A program made the translations under genes and the position numbers. DNA of 64,000 nucleotides from Mobula hypostoma. Taxonomy: Eukaryota. Below, in pieces: positions 63,355 through 64,000 of the stretch; position 1 is the stretch's first letter, and each line of letters begins with the position of its first letter. Where the stretch lies: positions 4,218,001-4,282,000 of the forward strand of contig NC_086101.1 of the NCBI RefSeq assembly GCF_963921235.1, in the 5' to 3' direction. The notes beneath the pieces are model-generated. The model did no database searches and had not been told where the DNA came from. It saw only the letters and a list, made by a program, of their open reading frames with translations.

Positions 63355-64000
63355 TTAAATGATGGAATAGATGGCTTTGTGCCAAGTTTGCAGATGATAT
63401 GAAGATTGGTGGAGGGGCAGGTAGTGTTGAGGAAACAGATAGGATGAAGAAGGACTTAGACAGATTAGGAGAATGGGCTAGAAGTGGCAAATGAAATACA
63501 ACGTTGGAAAATGCATGGTCATGCACTTTGGTAGTAGAAATAAATGTGCGGACTCATTTCTAAGCAGGTAGAAAGTCCAGGAATCTGAGATGCAGAGGGA
63601 CTTGGGTGTCCTTGTGTAGAACACGCTGAAGGTTAACTTGCAGGTTGAGTCGGTAGTGAGGAAGGCAAATGCCATGTTAGCATTCATTCAAGATGTCTAG
63701 AATACTAGAGCAGGGATGTGATGCTGAGGCTTTATAAAGCACTGGTGAGGCCTCACTTTAAGTACTGTGAAGAGTTTTGGGCCCCTCATCTCAGAAAAGA
63801 TGTGCTGGTATTGGAGAGGGTCCAGAGGAGGTTCACAAGGATGATTCCAGGAATGAAAGGGTTATCATACAAGGAATATTTGATGGCTCTGGGTCTGTTC
63901 TTGCTGGAATTCAGAAGGATGAGAGGGGATCTCATTGAAACCTTTCAAATGTTGAAAGGCCTAGACAGAGTAGATGTGGTAAGGATGTTTCCTGTGGTGG

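Larger units (their letters stand above)
60815..64000 (+). mobile_element. Degenerate CR1 ORF2 (endonuclease + RT) running off the window, interrupted by Rex1 and SINE insertions
   Basis: VIYRPPNS, PTRESAILDWVL, LGTSDHSMIEF, KSPRPEELHPRVLKE, NYRPVSLTSVVGK, KFADDMK, LERVQRRFTRMI. Confidence 0.88.

Overview
This is eukaryotic, repeat-dense genomic DNA, most likely from a cartilaginous fish (shark or ray). That assignment is inferred from the repeat landscape of abundant CR1-type LINEs, Penelope-like elements, Rex1/Babar, RTE and Tc1. Only one host gene is evident: a GC/CpG-rich single coding exon on the minus strand (32558-33886) encoding a BTB/POZ + 4xC2H2 protein of the ZBTB12/ZBTB26/ZBTB6 group, closest to ZBTB12 in its BTB domain. 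It has a splice acceptor just upstream of the ATG; its 5' exon and promoter were not identified. The rest is nested mobile DNA: many CR1 copies of different ages, two L1-type insertions, three Tc1 elements, two decayed Gypsy elements, a Harbinger-type non-autonomous element, Penelope remnants, tRNA-derived SINEs sharing a tail with an RTE LINE, and several large simple or tandem repeats. I found no convincing new multi-gene system. The best leads are: (i) Penelope-associated minimal hammerhead ribozyme motifs, one with an intact core; (ii) a 5'-inverted (twin-primed) L1 with TSDs just upstream of the ZBTB exon; (iii) a young CR1 inserted antisense into its own sister copy, forming a ~1 kb near-perfect inverted repeat; (iv) an in-frame CR1-RT/L1 chimeric ORF; and (v) apparently divergent zinc-finger recognition helices in the ZBTB12-like protein. 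Family names come from motif recognition, not database searches, and boundaries of old repeats are approximate.
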